NCBI RefSeq assembly: GCF_016432865.1
Contig: NC_067399.1
Location: 621,860,001 to 621,924,000 of the forward strand
Length of the DNA stretch: 64,000 nt
Direction: 5' to 3'
Origin: Antechinus flavipes
Taxonomy: Eukaryota
How positions within the stretch are numbered: position 1 is the first letter of the stretch; each line of letters opens with the position of its first letter. The notes under the pieces are model-generated. The model made no database searches. It was not told the origin of the DNA and saw only the letters and a list, made by a program, of their open reading frames with translations. The position numbers were made by a program, and so were the translations under genes. Of this stretch, positions 13,764 through 25,000 are shown piece after piece.

Positions 13764-16700
13764 TCTCACTAACTTTCTTAATTGTTCTTTACAGATGGCA
13801 CTCTATCTATTTCACTCTATTTCTTATTTTTTCTCTGGCCATTCCTCAGACCTGAAATGTACTCTTTCCTTACTTCTTCCTCACAGAGTCCCTCTGTAGC
13901 TCACTCCCCAAGTACTACTTTTTAAAGGAAGCCCTTTTTGATCCTCTCACTGTTGGTGTCTTCTCTCACAAACTGCCTGCAGTTGTTTTGTATGTATTCT
14001 GCCTTACTTACTTCTAGTCCACCATGTCTAGTAGAAATATGTGGTCCTTGGAATTATCTTGTTATGTGTGATCCTTATGCGAAACTTTGAAGGAAATCCT
14101 AAACCTAATTGTAAAAGTTCAGTTCCTCTAAGAACCTCCTTCAGGGAGGAACCCTGAAAATCCTTTCCTATTTTAGAGAAGATGATAATTGAAAGGCTCA
14201 ATGGTTTCATTCCTTCTTATTTCAATGAAAATAGAGTACATTTTCTCTTTCATATATATATATATATATATACTTCCTATATATTAAGATGAACACTGCT
14301 GGGATTCTATCTCCAGTATTTGATCTTGATTTCTGTCAAAGTGAATATTAGAGGTCTTCAAATGAAGGGCATATAGAGAATATCCTCCAGAAGATTCTAG
14401 TTTAAGGGCATGTTGGTTTCATGACCTTCAAGATCTCATCCAAATGGGAGATTCCATGATTCAGATCCTAAATATGTCAAAAGAACACACGTACTCTTCA
14501 TGATACATAACAAACATTATCAGCCCATTTTAGGAACTTCAATCCACCTCCATAACTTAAGACAATCTTTTTTTTTAATACACTGATCTTCCTCTCCTAC
14601 TAGCTTCTACTAGTATATACTTCAATAACTCCAATGAACTACTAAGGGTATTAGTTTGCTGAAAATGTTTACCTTCTAGACATAGTGATAGGATTAGGGA
14701 ATACGGAAAAGGAATAAGTTTTTATTAAACACCTACCTATATGCTTGATATTGTGCTTTACAAATATCTCATTTTGATCAGGGGAAGAAAACTCTTTGGA
14801 GACAGTGGTTAGTGATGAGAGGTGAAGAAAAAGAGCAAGTGGGTGATTTATGGAATCCAAAAAGAAAATAAAGGTAGCACAGTAACTTTTGTCTGGGCCT
14901 GGGGTCCCAAAACTGTATTGGTCAGAAAACTATGGGCCCCTTCCTCAAATTCCTCCATGCGACCACAGAGCTTTCTGTTTCTGAAGGTGAAAGACCTGAG
15001 TAGTAATCCATCAGTTAATCAGCTCTGATTCTTTCATATTTGCTTGTTATGAGCTTATAGGTTTCACTGTAGCTAAATTTAGGGTGTAGTCTGGAGATAG
15101 GGAAAGGGAGATGCCATTGGATTAATGAAGGCCTTTTCTGGTAGTTCCTTTCTCCCACTACCACTTTTTTTTTTTTTTTTTTAAAGAAATCCATCACTTT
15201 TTGAAGGATAAGACCCCTACATTACAGTACAGCTTTCTAAATACTAGTCCTTGGCTTGGAGGCTATCATACTATCATAAGTTTAGAAATAGGAGAGACCT
15301 TAGGAATCATCCAGTCCAACTTTAATTAAACTCTAGCTCAAGGTATTTAGCCCACTAATCTTTTGTTCCCCAAATCTGCTTGGCTCTCTGAGCTCTGAGA
15401 TCTGCTGTACCCATTGGCTTATTGCAGGTTCTCTTTTTTCTGCCATTTCCTATTTCCTTTCTTGCTTAGAGTTCCACACATATACAATTTTTTTGAGGGG
15501 GAAAGGATGTTATTCACAAGGGGACATATGTGTACATACACCCACCTATCCACTGTATATATATTTGGATGGGGCTCTAAAAAACGGAGAAAGTGTAATG
15601 TACACAAGGAAATAAATTGGTGTTTAGTAGACAGTATCCAGATTTACGTAACTGTTCCTAGATGAAATATTTGGGCCTAGCCCTGCATTGTCTCCATGAT
15701 TTACTAAGCTCAGAATCCCTTCTCTGGGACTTGATGTACCCCTTCTGGCCTACTTGAGAATGACACTTTGCTCTGATTCCTGGAGCCTCTAAACATGTCC
15801 CTGTGGATGGTGCCATTATCCTCCCAGGTTCCTAATCTCCATCATATTCTATTCTGGTCTTCTAGACTTATAGCTGGAGGGACCTTAGGGGCTATTTAGT
15901 CCAACCTCCTTTACAGATGAGGAACCGGAGATCGGAGTGGATAATGACTTGCCTAACATCATGTTGGAGGTAAATGGTAGAGCTAGAATTTAAATTTAGA
16001 TTCTTGGTGGCCATCTTGAATGCTCTTTCCAAAATGATCATCTACTATTGACTCTATCTAGAGAGTCTCCCATCCCTCCCCTCCTCTCCATTCCCACTTG
16101 TCTAGGCCCTCAGAAGGAGCCCATGTGTTGTCCTGGCACTCTCCAAGTCTCCTCCAGCTCTTGCCTTCAGTCCTGTCTACATATTTTTAATCCCTGGCTG
16201 TTATTGGCACTTCTACTTTCCCACAGAAAGATTGTCTTTTATCGTATCTCTTTCTGTCTCAGCATAGCCTTGCATTTTGTTTCTTTTCTGAATAGGCAAA
16301 TTAGTTCAGTTCACAAAAGATCATTATAGAGTTATCATTTTCAAGGACCCACAGAACAAAATGTGGAAGGGAGAAGACCCCTGGGAAAATCTATTTTGGA
16401 TCACATTCTGCCAGATTCTGGGGTGGGAATGATCTTGCAATTTCATTTTTACTTTTAAGACATTTTTACAAATACATTTTCTTCCCAACTTTTATTGACA
16501 TCTAAGTATTCATTTATATGAATATATATGAACAAGAACACAAAAATATAAATAATCCTAAATCCCAACAATAACCTTTTCCCCAAAAAGAACCCCTCAA
16601 TTAAACAAAATAATATGAAAAAGTGATTTCAAGAGAATGTAAATATTGCTTCATTTTTTCTAGTTGGGTTGTTTACTTTTCATTCTGTTTTTAATGCTAA

Positions 16701-16971
16701 TTAGAATGGAGGCCTAGAACTGTTCTCTAAACTAAGTGGTTTGTTGTTGCTATTCAGTTGTTCCAATTTCAGCCATGTCCTAGAGTTTTCTTAGCAGATA
16801 TTATTAGAGGGATTTGCCATTTCCTTCTCCAGCCCATTTACAGAGAAGAAAACTGAGACAAGTAGGATTATGTAACTTGCTAAGGGCTTGGAGATTGGAT
16901 TTGAACTCTGGGAGAGGAGTAGTTTAATTTATTAAGCACCTACTATGTGCCAGGATTTGTGCTAAGTATCT

Positions 16972-17229
16972 CCTTTTTAAAAAGTTTATTTATTTTTAAT
17001 ACATACTGTTTTACGAATTATGTTGGGGGAGAAAAATCAGAGCAAACAGGAAAAACCATGGGAGAGATTAAAAAAAAAAACAAACAGAAAAAAGAAGTGA
17101 ATATAGTATGTGTTGATTTATATTCAGTCTCCTTAGCTCTTTCTCAGTCAGACGACATTTTTTGTCCAAAGTCTATTGGGATTCTTTTGAATCACTGAAC
17201 TGAGAACCATGACTTTCATAGTTGATCAT
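16972..17229 (-). mobile_element. L1 3' fragment inserted into an L2
   Basis: 16-bp TSD tttgtgc(t/c)aagtatct at 16956-16971 and 17230-17245. Confidence 0.7.
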
Positions 17230-18354
17230 TTTGTGCCAAGTATCTTACGGGATACAAAGAAAGACCAAAAGAGTTCCTGCTCTCAAGGAGATCACAGTCT
17301 AATGGGGAAGACTAATAGCTATGTATAAACAAGCAATAGTCAAGAGAAATTAAAGAAAACCATAGTGGAAAGGCCCTTGAATTATAATAGGTCTGTGTTT
17401 AATCAGCTGGGAGTTAGTCCTGTCAAGGGAGAAAAAGAAGAGGGGTGGGGTGGGGGTGGAGAATTCCAGCCACCAACTTCACAGCTCAATCTCCAGTCCT
17501 CCCATTCCTATGTATCTTTCTGAGATAGTTTCAGTAATCAGATAAATTCCTCAAGGCCACAACAATGGCAATGGTGGAGCCTTTAAAACGATGGATAATT
17601 AGAGCTGCTGATAATGGATTTCTGCTTGGGCCATTTGTATGTCTTTAGTTTGCTTTTCAGGAGCATCTTAGTAAACATGTCAACTGTGATCTCAGTGACT
17701 TCCACCTCCTTATCTCTCCCCAAATTAAGTGCACTATACTGGTTTTGTCACTCAGGTATGTGGAGGATTTTCTCCCAGGATGGCAGGAAGACATCAAAAA
17801 GGTTGTGAAGCTAGGAAATTGTTGACCATTAATTCCTGGTATTCATGGAGCATTCCTTGTCTCTTTGTGTGGGTGTGGGTGTGTGGGTGTTTGGGAAGGG
17901 TGAGGATATTAATATCAGTATAATGCATTAAAATGAAAAAAGAAGTAATTTTACACAGATTTATAGACAGAACTAGGAGAGACCTTAGAGATCACCTCCA
18001 CCCCTTTTATACAGAGGAAACAAACCTAGGGAGGTTTCGTAGAGTAAGCTAAATGGTCCTTGTCCTTGGCAAATCACAACCCGTTTGCCTCAGTTTCTTT
18101 ACCTGTAAAGTAGGAATAATAATAATACCTATTTTCTAGCATCATAGTGAAGAACAAATGAGATAATTTTTGTAAAGTGCTTAGCTCAGTGTCCGGCACA
18201 TAGTAGATACTTAAATGCTTGCTAGCTTTTTTCCTTCCAAGGTGACACAACTGGAAAGTACGGCAGGACTAGAATTTTAATCTAGGACCTTTGTTTCTAA
18301 ATTCAGATCAAAGATACTTTTACTGACCCAGCACGTTTAGCTGGTAATAGCTGA

Positions 18355-18612
18355 AGGGAAGGGTGTATTGGTAAATGTTTAACAACTAGTTCTCTAAAAA
18401 AAAAACAATTAAATGTCACTTTTATGCTTAATATGCATTACTAGTATTTTTCTCCATCACTTCTTTCATTTTAGACAATCAACAAAGCAATCAATAAAGC
18501 TCTGATTTGTAGTGATTGCCAGTTTCTGAGATGTAAATGCTTATACTGAAAAAAATCTTCAATTAGGTGGCTCTCTCAGGCTTGTCCAAGCTGGCTCCAG
18601 CACAGCCTTGGT
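18355..18612. mobile_element. Old non-autonomous hAT (Tip100-like) DNA transposon
   Basis: Ends resemble ggtgtgctggtaaatgtttaacaac...ggctccagcacacc termini; family call from memory. Confidence 0.45.
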
Positions 18613-19299
18613 TTTAGTTCCTTCCTCTTTTATCTGATCAAGAGTAATTTATGCTCTAATAAAGAACTTTTTAGAGACTCCTTCCTCCCCCTACCTACCC
18701 CCCAAATCCTCCAACCCTCCCAAACTCCCCCTCTCAAAATAAGGAATTAGTGGAGGGAATTCAGGTAGTGTAAAGGCAGGTAGGGCAATTTTGGTTGTTT
18801 CTTATTCTACTTCCTTGTAGAGCTACTTCTGATGGGCTGGAGCATTTACACGAGAGCAAAGACACTAAGGGGCCTTATCTTATCTTCACTTAAGTCTTAG
18901 TAAGGGGCAGAGCCAGGATTAGAGCCTAAGTCTGAGCTCAGGGATCCTCTCTCCGAACCGCCTAGCATTCTCACTGCCTCCATCCCCCCTCTATCCCTCT
19001 CCCCCACTCCTTGTAGGTGTCTTAGTTTCTTTATTAACATTTATTAAAAGTGTCTCCTCTAGATAAGGGACCCGAGCATTTCTGTATGCTCGGCTGCTTG
19101 TATGCATCGGTGCTTTGATCAAACTCTTTCCAGACTGTTTATTTTTCATTTGCCATAGCGTACAATTTGCCAGGAATGATGTGAGAGCCAGATAGGAATC
19201 AGTGAGGGTTTTTGAAATTAAAAAAAAAATATTGTAGTCATTAACACAGAATGTACAATACCCTTTGGGTACATGAAAAGGAAATTGGATTTAGAAGTG

Positions 19300-20090
19300 A
19301 TGGCTCCCGGCATCCGGCATTTTCTCTGCTTTCCTCACTACTGAGGATACTCAGGATCCTCTCACGTGGAAGCTACTCGATACTGAGCGCTTCAGGAGGC
19401 CCCCTGCCCTTGCCCACCCAGCCGCAGCCTCTCTCCTCCTGGACCTTCCCTCTCTAGATCTCTAACCCCTGGCCCTGAAGGGGAGCGGCTCAGAGACTGC
19501 GGGGAGATCCTTGTGCTCATGGGGCTTCCTCCCTTCCCAGAGTAGACCCGATGGTTACATGCGCAGGGGTGGGGATGGGATAGCCGAGTATAAGGAGCGG
19601 GGGAGTAGGAGAGCCCCGGATCTTTGGGGTTAGGGTGGGACCCCGAGGCTTGTGCATTCTCCTTGGCTTTTAAGCAAAGGTCGGAAGCTTGCTTGTCAGG
19701 GTCTTGCCATTTGCACTTCTGAAATCTGGCGACTCCCAAATATCCGGCACCCATCCCGTCATTTTCACGTTCCCTCTAAGGCAAGAAAGAACAGTCTAAG
19801 CTGCCTGTCCCCTCGCCCCCATAATGGGGCTGTGGGATGTCTGGAGCAGCACTGCCCCCTCCTGGCTGCCCTTCAGAAGGCAGCTAAATATAACGGCACT
19901 CAGATTAAATGGGCAGATCTATGGCACTGATCCCGATGCCCGCCCCCGACATACGGGCATCTCTGGGAATCAAGAGCAATCCCTGTGGAGATAGTCCCTC
20001 TCCCCTGCCTGCAGTCAGCCCCGTTGGGCTGGGGATTGGAAGGGGGCTTTTCTGCCGTCAGGCCCAAGGGGTGCGATCCATTTCTAGCTT
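19300..20090. promoter_or_regulatory. Orphan CpG-rich, promoter-like island (E-box CACGTG 19363-19368, TATA-like 19885-19893, GC box 19939-19946)
   Basis: Roughly 30 CpGs in about 0.8 kb against a CpG-poor background; no recognisable coding exon. Confidence 0.55.
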
Positions 20091-21039
20091 TCCTGCCCCT
20101 TTGTGCTCAGGCCTGCCAGTGAAGCAGCATTAACTAAGCACCACCTGTGCCAGGCACACTGCTAAGCCCTGCCATCATAAAGGAAAAAGCAGCCTCTGCC
20201 GTGAGTCTAATGCGGGAGACAGCAGGTAAATGACTGCACCAAGGAGAGAACCTCGGGGAGAAGGCACTAGCACCAAGGGATGGCAGGGACTGGCAGGTGA
20301 GAAGCCACGCCCTGCAGGAAGCCAGGAGGCAGAGAGAGAATTCCAATGAGGGGGCCAGTCTATGAACATCCCCGGCCGGGAGACGGTCTCTACAAACTTG
20401 GCCTGGAAAGTGCCTTTCCCCAGATCTCAGAGGAGCAAGGCAAGGATTCTGACCCAAGCATTCCCTAATCTCCTTCCATGGGAAGTCCTTCAAATACAAG
20501 GCAGTTAGTCCCATCCCTCCAAGCAAAGGTTGGAGACAAGTGAGTGTGTGGAAGAGGGACAGGGGAGCCTGGGAAAGCTCTTAAAGCCTTCTTAGTCTTG
20601 GGAGTTACCTGTCCATCTGGAGTATTCTACCTGGCTTGAACAGCCAAACTGACCCTGCAGTTGGGGTCTCTCCCCAGAAATCATAGCCTTTAAGGTGTCT
20701 GGAGAGTTGATGGCATCTTGGGCAGCCAGAGGGGCAGCACCAACTACCACTTTGCAAAGGGGAACAGGGAGGACAGAATGGTATCCCTGGCCAGATGCTG
20801 CCCCCCAGTCACCAAGGGAGGAATCACTTTCTTTGCCCTCCCTACCATTTAGGCACTCCACAGCCAGCAGCTAAAGGTGGTTCATCTTATTGAACAAGGG
20901 TATCCCGTTTCATCTATGCTGGTCTCTCTCCAGAGGCCAAACACTACATCTTTCCTCTTCTTCCCAAGCCCAGGCCTATTAGATGTCTTCACTAAAAGCC
21001 TTATACTGGGCATCCTAGGACAGAGGAGAGTTTAATATT

Positions 21040-21082
21040 CTATCACCCAATATATAGGGACACCCTATATATTGGGTGATAG
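21040..21082. repeat. Perfect inverted repeat, 20-bp arms, 3-nt loop
   Basis: ctatcacccaatatataggg-aca-ccctatatattgggtgatag. Confidence 0.97.
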
Positions 21083-21804
21083 GGTGCCCCAGTGCCTTGC
21101 ACTGGAAAGTCAAGAAAAGTAAGTCTCTGCCTTCAAGATTAGACTTTATACGAGAGTCTTCACATTTTAACTTGGCAGAGACAAACTCCAAAACTGGAAT
21201 CTCATCAAATGTTCAGACCTTAAGTCTCCACCTCTCTATCAAAGATAACTTGCATTTTCAAAAGGCTTAATCTTTAATGTAAAACTGGAGGCTTCTGATA
21301 GGCAGGTGGCCAAGATTTCTTTTGGTTGGAGTGTTATCTGTTTTACTGGGTTGTCTGGCAAGCCCTAGGCTTGTGGGCTGTGGGCACGTCTGCTACAGCA
21401 TGCATCAGGGACACACTTGAGGTCCTGTGGTTCTTCAGGAGCCTGGGACCCTTTAACCACTGTCCCTTCCTCTCCCTAGAGATTACCCAGAGTTCTAGAA
21501 AAGAGAATGTCAAGAAAGGAGCTGGATCCAAGACCTATTAAAGATCCTGGGAAGAAGTTCCTTTGCCTCAGGGGTTAGCCTTTGGAGAGTAATAGGAAAT
21601 CAGTACAAAGACTAGATAGGGGATTGCTAAAGTTCAGGAGATTTATTCTGAGCATCAAACTGCTCAAATGCAAGTACTGTTAAATGCTTTCCTAGGATTG
21701 GAGGAGAAATAGTTGAACTGCTGCTGTCTTGAATGGAGTTACAATGATTGATTGGTGAGTCAGTCACAGTTGTGGGCTCACAAAAGCAGTTTGTCACAAA
21801 ATTC

Positions 21805-21810
21805 TTTATT
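21805..21810 (-). terminator. Probable HEXA polyadenylation signal AATAAA (second candidate at 21642-21647)
   Basis: tttatt on + strand, about 150 nt past the stop codon. Confidence 0.65.
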
Positions 21811-21960
21811 GGACTTGAATCACAGCACAATCTCCAGCCCCCTCCCCACCAGGGGGTCCCCAGGGATGCACATGGAGGTTTGCTCACCACTTGGGTTAAG
21901 CTAGAGAGCCAGCCTGACATGACCCAAGTTTCCTGAGTGATCAACACATGCAGGATGAGT

Positions 21961-22042
21961 TCAAGGATGATTTTGCTCCATTCTATGGAAATATTCATGC
22001 TCACAATAGCCTACAAAGAGAGGCTGGGCTTGGATACCTCGT
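21961..22042 (-). CDS. HEXA: HEXA exon 14 coding part ([26 protein letters not shown])
   Basis: ttacag acceptor; TGA at 21963-21961. Confidence 0.95.
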
Positions 22043-25000
22043 CTGTAAGAAGACAAAAAGGAGAAAGCAGGTCATGGGAAGGAGGGGACAGAGCTAGGGT
22101 TGGGAAGGAACTGATAGAAAATCACTTATTATGTGCCTATGGGCAAAAGCCTGGGGAACCTGAAACAGTTCCTGTCCTCAAAAAACTCACATTCTACCGT
22201 TGGATACAACATGTACGCAAAGAAAGAACAAGGTAATTTTAGGACTGACTGAGCCCTATCTAGGCCCAGAGGTCAGAGCACTTAGGCTGAGGATGGAAAC
22301 AAGCCAAAGATCCTCAGAGCTCCAGCTAGGGAGGCCCAGGAAATGGGAAGGCATGGGCTCACAACCAGGGCTTTGGGATGGCGAGATCAGGGATTACGCC
22401 ATGGACAATCTCAGGCCAGCCTGAGTCATTCCCTACATCCCTGGGCACTGCAAGTGTCAGCTTTGAGCAGGAGCGTACAAAACTCAAGCCACAGATTCTA
22501 GTGGCTTGGTGATCTAAAATATCTAGTCTAATCGTCTTGTTTCATTTGGTAGGAAACAGGCTCAGGGACGAGTTAAGTGCTCATAATCACAGCAGTTGGA
22601 TTGGACCCTCCAATCTTACTCCTAACCTAGTGAGCTTTCTACAATGACCATATGTCTGGCGAGGTGTGCAATCAATGCGGGAGAGAACAAATTATTGTGG
22701 TCTAGCTCTTGGCTTTAAGGAACCTCTTTCCTTCTGCAAAAATTCTTAGAAACAGCCAAACTTAACAATGTTTGATGAGAAGGACTGCGTAGACTGCAAA
22801 AAGGCTCTGAGGAATTTGAGTACTATGTCTAATCCATATCATTAGACTGAAGCCAAGGTTAAAAAGGCAAATTTACAAATATCATCTTCCCAATCCCACA
22901 ATAATTTGCCCTGGTGAAAGCTGGAAATACCAATCTAGGGCACAATCCCTGCCCCTCCTACCTGAGCAGCTCACACCGGAAGTGGACCAGTCGGTCATAC
23001 GCCAAATCCAAGTCCCTCGTGGACTGGCTGCTCCAAAGCCTCTCTGCCACAGCTCCTCCCCTGGGCCTGGATGGGGACACAGAGCCAGCCCCTGGTCAGA
23101 TTTCTTGTTTGGGCTGGGAGGATGTGACTGGAACAGGAAAGGGGTGAGTGGATGTGCCCCAGAGAGTGCTGGGGATGAGAATCTTATGGCTGAACCACTC
23201 GCGTACTGTGACCTAGACATGGTTATTTCATCTAACAAATCCTGCCCTCTCTCAAAGAAGAAGACAACAATTGTGAAAAGGGTCTTGGAGGAAATGGCAT
23301 ACTGGGGTTTTAGAGGATCATGGAGAGCGTCATCTGAGGCCATCTCAATATATGGATGAGGAAACTGAGATAAAAGGATTTAAGTGAGTTGCCAAGATCA
23401 GACAGCCAGAGGTGGTATTTGAACCCAGATCTTCTGTTTTCAGAACCCACGGCCTTTCTCCCACATTAAAATGTTTCCCTCTTGGGGTCACAAAGCAGAG
23501 GTGGAACATGGCTCTGGGGTCAGCAGCAGGTAGCTGTAGCTGAGTGCAGGCTAAGTGGGCACGAGACATGACGCGCCAGACTTTGGGAGTGGCAGGGAAA
23601 AGCAAAGGGTAGCGAGTGCCCAGGGCCTGGCCCTCGGCAAATGACTTATGCCCTTGGCACCCATGGAAAAAATGAGGTACACTCCCTATCTTAACTACCA
23701 GCCCTGGATGAGACTAGCACAAGAAAGATTATACAAACTGAAGGAATCACGAGGCTAACACTTGGTGTGGCTATTGGGCCAGAAGATGAGGGGAGGAGGA
23801 AAAAAATATCAGGAGGGCATCAGAAATAACTCTGGGTCAGCGTAGGCCAGTTGGAAGCCACGGCTTCTGCTGGGCTTCATCTCTCTCCTGCCTTGTTTGC
23901 CAGCTGCCCCTTACGACTCCATTATTTCCTCCCTTCCTCTAACCAGTTCCACTCCCCCCCTGCTGCTTACCAGAGTCTGGGGGTCAGATTTGTCTCGTCC
24001 ACGTATTCGCCCCACATGCAGGCTTCGCCCCCAATCACCAGAGACTTCTGCTCAGGGCTGCCTGCGGGAACATAAGCTCGGTCATGAAGGCAATGCCAGG
24101 GACTCAGGACAAGTCCAGCAGGAGGACATGTTATTTAATAGTTCCAAACATCAGGGCATCATGAAAAGATGTATTTGTGGGCAGCTCCAAGAAGGACTGA
24201 AACTCCTTTCAGGACCAAACCCTCTGAACTCCCATTATTCAGATTTCCTCTTGTGGGTCCCAATTCCAAGGAGTGCCACAAGAGAAGGAGGGGCCTATGT
24301 CCTCCCTTCCACATCCTCGAACCTTCAAAGTCCAGGGGATCCACCATGTAGATTTCCTGCCAGTCCTGCCCGTAGGAGATACGGTTCAGATACCAGGGCG
24401 CAGACAACAAGGCACGGAACCCTGCCTTGGTGACATTCTGCATCTCCAAGGTGTATGGGAAAGGGTTCGTTTCTTTCCAGACATGCACCACAGTGTCTGG
24501 GTTCAGCTGGTGACAAGAAACGAAATAAGACGGATTAGGAGTGAAGGTTACCTGCTGCTAGGGGAAAGGGCCTCAGCACTTTCACCAGAACTAATGGCCT
24601 CACATGGGCTAAACACTTCAAAAGAACAGAGACCTATTCAATGTCCTTGTTGTCCCTACCTCTACCCCTCTTTGTAGACCCCCAAGAGGGTCGTGTTTGA
24701 GCACCTCCAAAGGCCCGAGTTCCAGGGTGCCCTGGGCCTCTGCCAGCTGACAGAGAGGGTAAGGCATCTCTCGTTTCCAAATCTCAGACCCAGGGTGAAG
24801 CACTCCTTCTCATCCTGCCAGTGCTGAGGAGCCCCTGTCTACTGGCCTGGGGCTGGAGGAGAGAGGCAGGAATATAGAAGGCACTTGACTCTGAACCACA
24901 TTTTTGTCCCTCTTCCTGTTTAGAACCTCACTTTAAAACTTGGGCAGGGGTGTGTGGGGAAGGAAGGCAGGTGGTAGTGGTGGTGGTGGGGTTCCAAGAA

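Noticed and set aside
19380-20410. Short resemblances to CELF6 exon 1 (ctgaagcgctc..tcgagtag; gaccgtctcccggcc)
   Set aside because: Not colinear, wrong spacing, flanks do not align; consistent with chance in GC-rich DNA.
21627-22004. 125-aa ORF overlapping the HEXA last exon and 3'UTR
   Set aside because: Alternative frame with no recognisable product; runs through the poly(A) signal.
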